DNA of 64,000 bases. It comes from Octopus bimaculoides. Taxonomy: Eukaryota. Position 1 is the stretch's first letter. Every line of letters starts with the position of its first letter. The DNA lies in NCBI RefSeq assembly GCF_001194135.2, contig NC_068991.1, positions 43,447,349-43,511,348 on the forward strand. Direction: 5' to 3'. The notes beneath the pieces were generated by a model that was not told where the DNA came from, did not search any database, and was given only the letters and a program-made list of their open reading frames with translations. Below, one piece after another: positions 1 through 12,917 of this stretch. The position numbers and the translations under genes are program-made.

Positions 1-457
1 TCAAGAAATAGTTAAACTGATGCCCCAACCCCACCCACACACTAATGATTATAATGAATCTTAATTTATCTTGACCCATCATATCAAACATACTCTTCTC
101 CATAATTTTTTTCTTGCATCTTTTTAAAGTATTAAATTTTCAGTATTATTTCATTATTTGAAAAATCTTCATGATCAACAACAAAAATCAAAACAATGTC
201 ATACATATTCATTGTTAAAATACATTTTGGCAGATTGAAACATGAATATGTTAATTGCTATTGCATTTTGTCATTGGAGAACATCACCTTTTAGACAAAT
301 GTATGTTCATAACATAATTCATTGGGATATGGGGGACTTTAAGACACCTGTGATTCAATCTTGTTGGGTGTCTCCTCAACCAAAGCTACCCCCAGATCAA
401 TGAGTCTAACAGGGGATATTTTTACTCTTGTTTATACGATTCAGTGAAAAAATTATT

Positions 458-857
458 AGGCGTAGGAGTGGCTGTGTGGTAAGTAGCTTGCTTACCAACC
501 ACATGGTTCCAGGTTCAGTCCCACTGCGTGGCACCTTGGGCGAGTGTCTTCTACTATAGCCTCGGGCTGACCAAAGCCTTGTGAGTGGATTTGGTAGATG
601 GAAACTGAAAGAAGCCTGTCGTATATATGTATATATATGTATGTGTGTGTATATGTTTGTATGTCTGCTTGTCCCCCCAACATCATTTGACAACCGATGC
701 TGGTGTGTTTATGTCCCTGTAGCTTAGCGGTTCGGCAAAAGAGACTGATAGAATAAGTACTAGGCTTTCAAAGAATAAGTCCTGGGGTCGATTTGCTCGA
801 CTAAAGGCAATGCTCCAGCATGGCCACAGTCAAATGACTGAAACAAGTAAAAGAGTA
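458..857 (+). mobile_element. tRNA-headed SINE family A, full length (head, central TA/CA microsatellite, tail ending gtcaaatgactgaaacaagtaaaaga)
   Basis: A-box-like tggctgtgtgg and B-box-like ggttcagtccc; the same head and tail recur many times in the window. Confidence 0.85.
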
Positions 858-3258
858 ATGTCTGCCAATGGATAATAAATCATTATGTGCATGGTAAACA
901 GTGAAAATAAAAATGATAATATACATATTCATTTCTAATATACTCCATCAGATTTAAATGTGATATGCTAATCACTGTTGCATTAACTCTTCTCCAAAAA
1001 CTCAAATTTACTGGTAGCTTTGGCTGAGGAGACACAACAAGGACAAAACACCGATTCCAAAAGCCCCACTATCCAATGAATTGAATGTGCTATGAACGCA
1101 CATTCAATTGAAAGGAGAAACTGTTTTCCAATGACAAAATACAACAGTAATTAGTTAATCACATTTAAATCTAACCAGAATATCTTAAGAATGAATATAT
1201 CATCACTCTGATTCTCACTGTTTACCATCCACATGGCTATTATTGGTTGGCAAATATCAGCACACATCAACAACAATTTGTTAGCTGAATCCTATAAACA
1301 GAGCCCGAAATTCTTGTTAGATTCATTGGTCTGAGATAACTTTGGTTGAGGAAACACAACAAAGTTGAAACAACAGTTTTCCAAAGTCCCCTTACTCCAA
1401 TGACTCAAGCGTTATGAACACATATTCACCTGAAAGGAGAAATTATTGTCCAATGATGAAATACAACAGTGATTGGTATATTCATGTTCAAGTTTGCTGG
1501 AACATATCAAGAATGAATATGTATGTCATCATTTATTATTTGAATTTAATATTTAAACTGTGTTACCTTTTATATTTAGCCATATTTGAGTTATTTTAAA
1601 TATTGGTACTGATCTAACATACAGCCACAACTCTGCTTCCCACCCCTTGTGTTTGTTTATTGCCAACTTTCCTATTACACAAAAACACTATTAGCACATC
1701 ACAATCAAAAAGGATTCTACAGGGTTGCTGCTAAGTCTTTCACTATTGCCATACTATACTCATCAGAGATAATTAACAACTGTAGGCCCTTTTGCTCCCA
1801 ATTTATTGTAGCTTTCATTGACAGTTTTTAATTCTTTTTTGCTGACTTATAAAAAAAGAAAGAAAAAATACATCTTGGCAATGATTGTAATTTTTACTAT
1901 AGAGAGAAATATTTTTACACTTTCAAGGTAATTTTATTCTACTTTTCAATGAAATCTATTCTCAGTCAAATTAAACTTGTCTACAATTTTCAATACCCTT
2001 CTCATTTTTTACAATAGCTAATTTTAGGTTATATAGCAACTCCACCACAAGACAACGTTGTAGCATATGGAAAATTCACAAGACTGAATCATTGGCAGTC
2101 TTAGTCATAGATGATAAATCGTTCATCATTTTCATCAATATTTCATTTCTCAACAAAGATAAGTATAACAAAGATAGAAGTTGAAAAGACTAGAATCAGT
2201 GAACAAAGGCAGGTTTAAATTAAGTACCCACACCATTTTGAAAAGTTTTAGTGTATGTTATCTTACCAGTTATAAAACTATAAAGTATCCAGATTAATAG
2301 GCCATTTGCCAGGGTGTGTGTGTGTGTGTCTACCCTGGCACCTCATCACTGCTATTTTACCTCTCTTTCCAGTTCCACCTCTATTACTCCCACCCTACAC
2401 TTCAGTAATGTGAATAGCCATGTAGTAAGAGAAGTGCTCTCTTTCTTTCTTTCATATTTTAACCACTCAGCTCTGAGCATAAAGCCACCTCTCTCTCTAC
2501 TGTAGCACCATTCAGTCAAAGAGGCTCTTTTATCTGTAAGGTGCATAACAACCTTAGTAGTGCTGGTGGAAAAAAATCCAGTACATATCATTAAGTGACT
2601 GGTACTATCCAGCTGAAGAAACCATGTCAAAGCAGACACTGGGGAATGATGCAGTCCTCAGACCCATCAGATCCTGTCAACCCATCCAACCCATGCCAGC
2701 ATAGATTAACATTCAACAAATGATGCGCTCTAAAAAGATAAAACCATAAAACTCAGAAATCAAGTGTCACAACTATTTTAATCTGTCTTGATCTGGTCAA
2801 GAATAGTTAAATCGATAATGAAAATTTACTTATGGAAATTGAAATTGATTTTTAAATGACTTTTCACCAGTAAAAAAAATATTACTTTAATTTTCAGAGA
2901 TGCATTTTATAATGAAGCATAATACTGAAGATTTTATTAATACATAACCACACAGACCACAAAATAAAAGGTATATAAGCTGATATACAAAAGTGCAGCA
3001 TATATACACACTTCTATTACATGCAGCAGATCTATAAATGAAAATATATAATATATAAGAATTAAGAATTAAAAATTGCTTTACAGATTATTCAATCATA
3101 CAAAATATTTTCCTTGCATTATAAATCTCAAAATATTAAGATAAATATTCACCAGCTACGCAATTTAAATAGCATTGGAAATTTCTCAGGGATGCCTTCT
3201 TCATAAAGAATATATAGTTAGATGTCAATATATTGAGTCAAAAAAGGATTTTTGATTA

Positions 3259-3400
3259 ATTGAAATTATACCCATAATGAGAAGGATAATCATTAGCATT
3301 AATGATAGTTATTGTCAGGAAAGGCACAAAAGTTCTTTTCCTTGGCTTCCTTGAAAAAAATTGTCAATGCTAATGATTTTTTTATGGGTGTAATTTCAAT
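3259..3400. mobile_element. MITE-like foldback element
   Basis: attgaaattatacccataa (3259-3277) pairs with ttatgggtgtaatttcaat (3382-3400) at 18/19; inner aatcattagcatt (3288-3300) pairs perfectly with aatgctaatgatt (3366-3378). Confidence 0.5.
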
Positions 3401-4114
3401 AGATTAAGTTATTAGTCTACACTCAAATATAATATTCTTGTTCTTTAAGGAAGTCAGGCTCCAATTAATCGATTGTCTATTATACTTTAAGGTCTACACA
3501 GTTTTATTCTTAGACATTATTTCAACTGCATATAATATACTCAAACATGACTTTAGCCTTATATTTTTACAAAAACTAAAAGGGAAGGTTTTGCTTTTAC
3601 CATAGACATTAGCAATGTGAATGAAGTGAAACAGCTTTAACTAAAAATCCAAAATGAGTCAGACTTGGCTTGCTAGGAGAACAACAATAATAAAAAAAGA
3701 GTGGTAAAGGACTACTATATTTGCAGATTAGCAGCAGCAGCAATAGAAGTAGCAGTTTCACATCACTGCTTACTTGATACATAATAATCATCTGTAGCAA
3801 CAACAACAGCTTTCTGAATGTTATCTCCATTATATCACAGTCATGGACAATAATATCTCTTCACAACTTATGAGAATGTTATTTTCCTAAATAAAGATCT
3901 GAGATCATACTAAACCAAATGGAAAAATGATCAGAGGTCTTTATACTCTATTACATAGTCTGTGATAGACTAGAAAACTTTACAAGAGCAATCCAATGAT
4001 TTTTATTTGGCTTGTTTCCTGACCCCCACCCCCTTAATATCTGAAAATCTGTTCTACATAGTTAAGAGATGAAAAAGAGCTATTTTTGTTCCTTTATACA
4101 TATTCTTTATTTTT

Positions 4115-4471
4115 TTACTTGTTTCAGTCATTTGACTGCAGCCATGCTGGAGCACTGCCTTTAGTTGAACAAATTTTTTGTAAGTCTAGTACTTATTCTA
4201 TCAGTTTCTATTGCCAAACTACTAAGTTACGGGGATGTAAACACACCAATGTCAGTTGTTAAGCAATGGTGGGGGGACAAAAACAGACACACAAATATAT
4301 ACTTATATATATATATTTATGCATATATATACGACAGGCTTCTTTCAGTTTCCGTCTACCAAATCCATTAACAAGGCTTTGGTCGACTCAAGGCTATAGT
4401 AGAAGACACTTGCCCAAGGTGCCACACAGTGGGACTGAACCTGGAACCATGTGGTTGGTAAGCAAGCTACT
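4115..4471 (-). mobile_element. SINE family A copy
   Basis: Reverse complement of the 458-857 element, head through tail. Confidence 0.85.
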
Positions 4472-6564
4472 TAATTTAAGCTACTCTTTAATTTAAGGTT
4501 ATCCTTTCTTTTGCCAAGACACCCAATTAAACAGATAAGGTCTAGCAACATACCAATTGGAAACTATCTAGGGTAATTAAATATTATTTAAATTTATTTA
4601 GAATACCCAGAAATGTGCTTTATTATTCAAAATTTCAAATGCCCAAACCCACATCAGATGATTTTACGTAAGATTTAAATAGAGTATGGATTATTTTCTT
4701 AAACCAGCATTGGAATGCTACAAAATGAGTTGTTTTCAAGACACAAGGACAACTGTATTTGAAGGGGATAAAGTTGATATAATCAGTCTTTGGAAGTTAT
4801 CTTATTGACCCACACACCTCCAATGGATAAAAGACACTTCCAGGTCTAGTGGAATTTGAACTTTGAATAATAAGAAATTAAATTCAATAAAGAAAATGTG
4901 GCCATCTTCACTACTCTTACATTGTGATAGTAAAATGAAATTCATGCCAACTATGAATACACTTCCTATAAATGAACAAAAGCATATTTTTGCATTGTTA
5001 CTGTCCTTGAGAAAAGAATGACATTCAATTTTTCTTCTCTGAAATCCATACTTGTGTGGTTTTGCAAGAAATAATTTCATTTTTAACTATTAAGATTTTA
5101 TGAAAAGGTAAAGAATTTCCTTAGAGTCAATAAAAATTTCTATTTTCCATAAATAAAGTTAATTTTAAGTATACTAAATCACTGTGAAATAACAAACTTC
5201 AAAACAGTCCCCCCTCCTCCCCAAAAAACCACTAAAATAGCTATGAAAATGATTGTGAATAAAATAAAGACCATACATTTGAATGACTGTATTATTTTTA
5301 TAATATATTATAGAAGTATAGACTGAATAATTCTTATTACTAATGTATATTTAATACATTTGAAATATACAACAATAATAGGATGATGAAATTTCTATAA
5401 CCCCTTGTACACATCTAACAGATACATATTTACTGTTTGCTGACCAAACACTACTTACTAGTAACTGGCAAATCCAGTTTCTCACAAGTTATATGAATAA
5501 AATAATGTAACTTGAGTTATGAATATTTATTATATTGATCTCGATTTAAGGAAATTAAAACAAAAGTTTGCCTTAATTGGTTTATGGTTTTTCTTGCACA
5601 CTTTTAATGCTTGGTATAAAAGAAAAAAAACAACAACAGTTTCCTGTGTCTAGCATTAAAAATGTTTATATAATACAAAGGGCTTTCTGAGCTCTATATA
5701 ATTCATTTAAAAAGAAAATATCTTCCTTCAATAATGATTACTTTTACTGTGAATTGACAGATCCCCCCCCCAAAAAATGCATCCAAAAAATGGATTTGAA
5801 AGGAAATAGAGATAAAATGGGAACATGAAAAATAAAAGATTTCAGTTGTTCCAATAGCAGAGTTCAGGTTTTCCACTAGTAGACAACCTTTTTAACAGAT
5901 CATGTTTTATCTACTCTGAAACACTAGTGTTTCAATATTTACTTCATCAGAACGAAATTTCAAAGTTGTTTCCTCTTTCAATCTATATAATTTAATTCCC
6001 TTAAATCAGGTTATACACTAGTATATTTCTGTAGATATACTTGACAATTATATTTCAGATAATTTCTAAACTTAAATCTATCCTATTTTCATAACAAAAC
6101 TCCTGGTGTTTTTCTTTTCTTTTCATTATAAGCAAAAAGCAAAGTGTTTGTAAATATCAATCACTGAAGAATGATACATTTTTCTCAAGATTTTGCATAT
6201 TCTTTTGCATATACTGTCATATAAACTGATGCTTTTTATATATCAATCATCCAAACTAAATTTTGTTTGAAGAGAAAATATTTTATATATTAATAACATC
6301 TGGAATTCTTTTGAATGGATCAGACACTATGATTAAATATTTTCAAATACATCAACTAAATCACAAAAATGATTATATAAATTATAGCTCGAATTTTTGG
6401 TTTTTAACCAAGATAATCTATGAGGTATGGACACCATTTTCCATTCAATGTGCCAATTTTTTTCATGCATGAGTTCAGATGCACGTCACAGATCTTTCAC
6501 CCTATTCAAGACTTGTATAAAATGTTAATATAGATAAATTTAGATTTTTACATGTGAAATTAAG

Positions 6565-6830
6565 AAGTTCACTTCCCAACTGCAGTTCAGTCCCACTGTG
6601 ACACCTTGAGCAAGTGTCTTCTACTACACCTCCACATTGATCAAAACCTTGATAGATGGAAATTGAAAGCCCATCATATGTATATATAAAATGTCACCAG
6701 CATACAAGAGTGTCATTCATTTGTAATCTTCTGTGAAATCATGTCCAGCTATTGTGCTGTTTCTGTGTTCAAAGGACTAGAAGAAATATTACCTTACTCA
6801 GAAATAGGTGTGTTCACAGAATAATGATTG
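6565..6830 (+). mobile_element. Degenerate SINE with family A head and a variant tail
   Basis: gttcagtcccactgtgacaccttgagcaagtgtcttctacta matches the family A head. Confidence 0.6.
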
Positions 6831-9633
6831 CCAGAATTTTAATCATGACTTAAGAGTATTTGGAACTGAGAAAATTTCATTAAATTTCATTTTTAATAAA
6901 GAATTTGCTTTCTAGGCATGTATGTCAATAGGCATTTTCAGGACTTAAGGTAAGTAAAAATAGGTTTAGATTTTTTTGATATTTTCTTGTGAAAATTGGC
7001 ATTATCTTCAGTGCATTGTACTTTGCTCTTAAGTATGAAAACTGGTTCAAATCTGCATTTTCTGGTTGAATTTTAATTTCATTTATTTTAAATGTCTTGG
7101 TGTCATATATTAAGCTAAGAAACAATTTGTTCTTGCCAGTAGTTTCAATTTTGATTATTGAGATAGTAGCGACAAATAGCCAGTTGTTTTCACATAAAAA
7201 AAGACTCTTTCTTCAGGCAACTCAGTTTTCTCTTCTAGATTATAGACCTGCCCTCAAAGAACCCAGCAAACCTCACACTCAAAGACTAGAATACTATATT
7301 CCTAATCTAACATTTCACAACATTCTCCAAATTCTCATTTGCTTAATGCTTTGTCTCATACATTCCACAACCACTAGCATCACTTGCTGCAACTTTAAAG
7401 TTTTTCAGTAGTGTATAAAACAATGATAACTTTAGTAAAGAACAATCTAGAAATTTTCAAGAAAAGTTGTAGTCTTAACTTTACCAATCCCCAATAGAAC
7501 TCCATCAGTATAGATACTGATGTCAGATACTATTCATTTTCCTTGAAATGACTCAAAATCAAAAAGTTCTTCACAGACCAAAATTGATATTAATTTCTCT
7601 TTTAAAACTGCATAATTAGGCTATACAACATGTTAGATGATTCATACAAAGCTAAAGATATCAAGTACAAGCATGAAAAAAGCCATTCAGTTGCTCAGAT
7701 ACATCACAAGTAAGTTCTTTGGTTTATCTCATAGTTATTTTCTTTGACAGAGCAATTTAATCTACTCACAATATTTTTATTGAGACACTTTGCAAATAAG
7801 GCCTAACAATTTTTTACCCATCAAGTAAAGGCTTCCATTTTTTGACCAATGCTACAGCAATTTCATCAACTTTTTATAACTTCTATTGATATATATATTA
7901 TGGTCTATTTTTGATTTCTTCCTTTTTCTGAATCAAATGCCTTTTTGGTTACTCAGGACTAAGTAATAGCTTTGGTTTTTGTTCTATTTTAGGTTGATGT
8001 GTTTGTAGTATCTTCAAGATAATGTCTTCTATTAAGTGAGAAACTTATCACAAACATTGCACAGCAGTTTTCATAAAGAACTTGTTAATAAGAGCTCACT
8101 TTCTCCTCTGTTTATTCAGTTCACACTATCACATTATTTTTATTTTTATTTTGAGCTGTGCTGGATAATGTAAGCATAAGACTTAATTAAAAAAAAAAAA
8201 GTACAAATCTGCAAATTTTTACAAAAGACTAATAAAATACAGCCCTGTAGTATAGTAGTTTCAACTGCAGACTAACTAGCAAAACGTTGCAACAGTCCTG
8301 TGCGGGAAGTTGCCTCAGGATGAAACAAGTATCAAATGTATACTGAACAATTATGGATGGTATGCAATGGGCCATTTCATCCAGTGCACCATTTATTGTG
8401 TATGTGCCATAAGTTGGTCATATCTGATCCATACTTATATCTCAATGCTGTAAATATTTTTGTAATATAATTCAGGCTCATGAAAAACGATTGATGTTTT
8501 AGGGAAGTGAGGTAAAAAGTTTTAGCAGTCATGCTTTTGTCCAGGACATTTTCAGCATACATGATTAAGTATCATTTGGGAATAAAAAGATAAAAACATT
8601 TGTCAAGTAACCTACTAAAGTAATCTCTTTTTTTTTAATACTGAATTATGTCTATATAATATATATTACCTTACATGTTTTTTAGTTATGCTTCATCTCA
8701 GATTTTTTTCTGTTAGATTTTAATTCTGTGTATGCAGAATCATTAAGCTGAAGATATTATACAATGAAGTCTATCAACAGGATATAAATTACTTCCTTTC
8801 TTTTCTGTCATTTGAAAAGAATGAAATGTTTTTAACAGTTATTTATATATAATTAGAATGGCCACTTTAGTTTCACATGAAGTGATATATTTAAAATGTA
8901 TACTTGTCTCTTACACAAACTGCAATTATATGCAATTCAAAAAATTTGGCTGAGTTGTTATTGCCTACTATATTTATAAAATATCCCTAGATATACAACT
9001 GACAAATCTCTAAGAATGCTTAAATGTAAATTTAACTATTAAATGTTTTTCAGCAATATTTGATTATTTTAGGAAATAATTCTGAAATGATTGATGTCCA
9101 CACACACACACACACACATTATTGAATTAGTACAGATTTCAAGTAATAATCTCAAAATCTGAATTCAACAGCAGAAAGCAAAATTTTCATTTTGTACACT
9201 CTCAAAATGTGGTAACACACTTTAATGATAAGCACCACCACAATATTAAGGTTCACGCTGAATAAATTCAAAGAATAAGTCTTTAAAAATCAAATGGATG
9301 AAATGAATAAAGAAAAAAGATTAGAAAAAAAAACAAGTAACCAAAAGAAAATCACACATACACATCACAACAAAAATAACAGCAAATCATAAAGTCTTTT
9401 TAAAAGAAGTTACAACCTATTCAGAACACAATAAGTACCCATAGTCTTTAATTCCTTATCTCAAAAAATATCTATGAATACTTAATTCAAAGTAAAATTC
9501 TTTATTAGTCACATTTTGTGTGTGATCATTACGAAAGCAGAGTTGAAGGGTTACTTAAATGGTTAATAAACTTAGAATTCATGAAATTGGCTTTTTACTA
9601 ACAATGTAAAATGTAAATTATAAAACTATATGC

Positions 9634-9665
<32 letters not shown>

Positions 9666-12215
9666 NNNNNNNNNNAAAATGGATTATGACTGCTTCTATT
9701 TTTACAGTTGCCTCATCTTTTTGCTAGGAAATAGGGCTATTATTGGCACCTAAGTTATTCACTTTGATTATGATTACTGTTTGTTTGATTTCATCAAGAA
9801 AGATGAAATGAAGCAAACAGGATAAGACTTGAAAAATATGAAGTTCTCTTTCATAACTCTCTGTACTAAATAAATAATATTAACAAAATATATTTCCTCT
9901 GCAATAAATAATGTAGAAGTAAAGGTTTTAATAAGAATAATATGATAGTTAAGATATGACAAGTTTTCTGGACTTAAAAGATTCCAGATGAACATGAAAA
10001 ATAACTAAGGTCATAATTAAACAGGTTAATTTTACTTCACCTTGTTCTTTACAAACATTTTAAAAGCTTCCAATCAACTCTTTATTTCATATAAATTTTC
10101 TTTAACAACTTTTTTAAATTATGAATTTTGTCATTAGTGTATGGTAAGAACAAACAACTATATAACTGGATGCCTTTGCTGCTATAAATATTGTACTAGT
10201 CCAAATGATTCAAATAAATTTTAGGTGTTATACTTATTTACATAATGCTAGATGATAAATTTAATAATCTTAATATTCTATATAACAAAGTTATAATCAT
10301 AAACAGTTTTTAAATCTTAAGATCATAAGCTTAAAACGCCACTAGTACAGAAATCAAGCTATTCAATATGTTCCAAATAAAAGTTTGTTAGAAAATGGAG
10401 TTTAGATTATGAAACCAAATTCCTCATTACATGTACAAAATTACAAATTGCATGGTGAAGTTTAAAGCTTAAATGTATCATTTTTAAGTGGATGCTGTTT
10501 TGATCACTTTAAACAATATGGTTAAATTAATAAAACATAAATTTTTTAAGATGTTCTCATAATACTTATTTTTATAAACTACATTGAAGATTGTATTTGG
10601 GGCAAAAGACCAGGTAGTTATTATATTATTGCTCATTCACAATAACAAAAGAATTACAAAATTAGCTAGAACAATTCAGGTAGTTTTTGGAAGAAAAACT
10701 CATAAATGACACAGAAAATTAGCTGTGCTACTGATGAAACATGTTAAGTTTAATTTGAAACTTAAACTCTAAGCCAATTTGAACTACTTTTCCAATTATT
10801 GGAAACTAATATTAAAACCAAGTCCTTTAAAAGATAATTACAGAAATATAAAACTTCATTCAATCTTCACCATAAAGCTATCAGACAAAACAAATACAAA
10901 TAACAAAAGAATCAAAATAATATAAACTACAAATTTTTTTAAGTCTATAAAATTATTTTCTAAGAATAAATAATTTAAGAAACAATCCAAGTTCAAAAGC
11001 AAATTAAAAAAATCTATTTATTATAGTTGAATTTTCATAGTGTTAAAATAGGTAAAAACTAGTAAAGACACTATGTATATCTGAAAATGATTTCTTTAAA
11101 GGCTTTAAAAAGTATTGCCTTTCTTCATAACTTGCACAAATCAAATAATTGCTAATCTATTGTCTCATCGATATATTTCCTAACATTAGAGAAAGAAATA
11201 CTTGAGTATAACTTTATTATGAAGGTGATTTAATAAGCAATGAACAATATTTCACAAACAAAACATACAATGCATTAATGAGTTTTGAATAATTATTCAC
11301 AATTTTGCAAGCAGTTTTACACATTTTACACACATATCATTTTCAAATAAAAACAACAACAAAAAAAATGAAAGATGGAAAATCTACAATATATACACTA
11401 CCTAACATTATAACTAGATACATATCAAACATATGTACTTCAACTTGATTACTACTGATTGGACAACATAAAATATTTTAAAAGTGATTTAAAAAATTGT
11501 TTTTTAATGTTTCTATTCTATTGAAAATATATGTGCTGATTTTCATTACAGCTGAATGTGAATTCTAAGTAGAAGATTTTTAAAAAAATCATAAACATTC
11601 ATTTGGAGGAAAGGATGACAATATGTGACTGATACAATTACAAGTAACTTTACAAGAATATAGATGTCATAACTTTACAATATGGGATTAGACAATATTT
11701 CATGCATGTATTCATTTGTTGAGATGAACAAATAAATTTGCTTTTCTTAGTAATGATATGCATGCTACAGGGGAACCAGATAAAAATACTTGCCCTGAAT
11801 TGAATCTTTCAAAGCCTTGTGTACTGAAAGAGAGATACTGATAAGAAGAGTGATTCAAAAATATTTTAAAGGATTTAAAAAATAGCTTACTGTCATAAAA
11901 AAGAAATAATAATTTTCCTAAAATTTTCAAATAAAATGTATCAACACGGTTACATTTTGCGGTTATTCCAGTGGAATGTATACCATTCCTAAAGTATATT
12001 TGTTAGCTAAATGTATGTTTATTGCTGAGCACACTATTCTTTCTTGAGAGTATTTGTCCTTCCAGGTTTGAGAATTTCTCACTACATGCTTACAACTTAT
12101 TTGTTATGAATATCTCCAGTCACACTTTTAACCCTTTCTGAAAGCATGAACAGGCAATCATCTGAATATCTTCATACCTTTCCATCCCAGTCTTATTTTG
12201 CACATGTTCACTTAT

Positions 12216-12527
12216 TTACTTGTTTCAGTCATTTGACTGCAGCCATGCTGGAGCAGCACCTTAAAAGGTTTTTAGTCAAAGAAATCAACCCCAAGACTTA
12301 TTCTTTGTAAGCCTAGTACTTATACTATCAGTTCAACAAAAGAATGTTGAACTGCTCAGTTACAGGGATATAAACACACCAACATCAGTTGTCAAGTGAT
12401 GGTGGAGGGATGAACACACACACACACAACGGGCAGTGGAAGACACTTACCCAAGGTGCCATGCAGTGGGACCGAACCTGGAATCATATGGTTGGGAAGC
12501 TAGCTTCTTACCACACAGCTACACCTA
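12216..12527 (-). mobile_element. SINE family A copy (internally deleted)
   Basis: Tail tacttgtttcagtcatttgactgcagcc and head gaagacacttacccaaggtgccatgcagtggg in reverse orientation. Confidence 0.8.
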
Positions 12528-12689
12528 TACTGTACACTATTTTCAAAGCATACTTAGTTCATTTGTGACAGCGTCATCAATATTATGTAAAACACTTAAG
12601 GTCCCTGCATGAGAGACAAAGAGTGAAAGTGAATCTGGATTGTGGCATAATTGATATAGGATTTTCTACATTTATTTATTTCTTTCAAC

Positions 12690-12917
12690 TACACAAGGGT
12701 GTGTGGAAAAGTTCCTGACTTTAAGGGTATCACAAAAGGCCTGATTGGAGGCCTAACCTTTCAAGTTTTTTTCAGGGCTTAGAAAAACTGAAAGATCACT
12801 GCAATAAGTGTGTGAATCTGAGAGGGGAATATGTTGGATAAAATCATAATTAACTGATCCTCCTGTATTTTTTTTTTTTTTCACCCAAAGCCAGTAACTT
12901 TTCAGCACCACCTCATA
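12690..12917 (+). mobile_element. Mariner-derived MITE / deleted mariner
   Basis: Imperfect TIRs of about 30 bp (acaagggtgtgtggaaaagttcctgacttt vs reverse complement tatgaggtggtgctgaaaagttactggcttt). Internal GLRKLKDHCNKCVNLRGEYVG* resembles a mariner transposase C-terminus. Confidence 0.7.

Noticed and set aside
3609-3830. RKLLLLLQMIIMYQ|gtaag as a Girdin exon (cf. KKLLLLLLGCAVQ)
   Set aside because: Similarity comes from a (TGT/TGC)n-like low-complexity stretch; conserved GCAVQ and flanks are absent.
5917-5934. 18-bp perfect palindrome tgaaacactagtgtttca
   Set aside because: Roughly one is expected by chance in 64 kb of AT-rich DNA.
12554-12604. 51-nt minus-strand segment with good acceptor and donor as Girdin exon 2
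   Set aside because: In phase 0 it reads GP-stop, and the open frame (TLSVLHNIDDAVTNEL) does not resemble the Hook domain.
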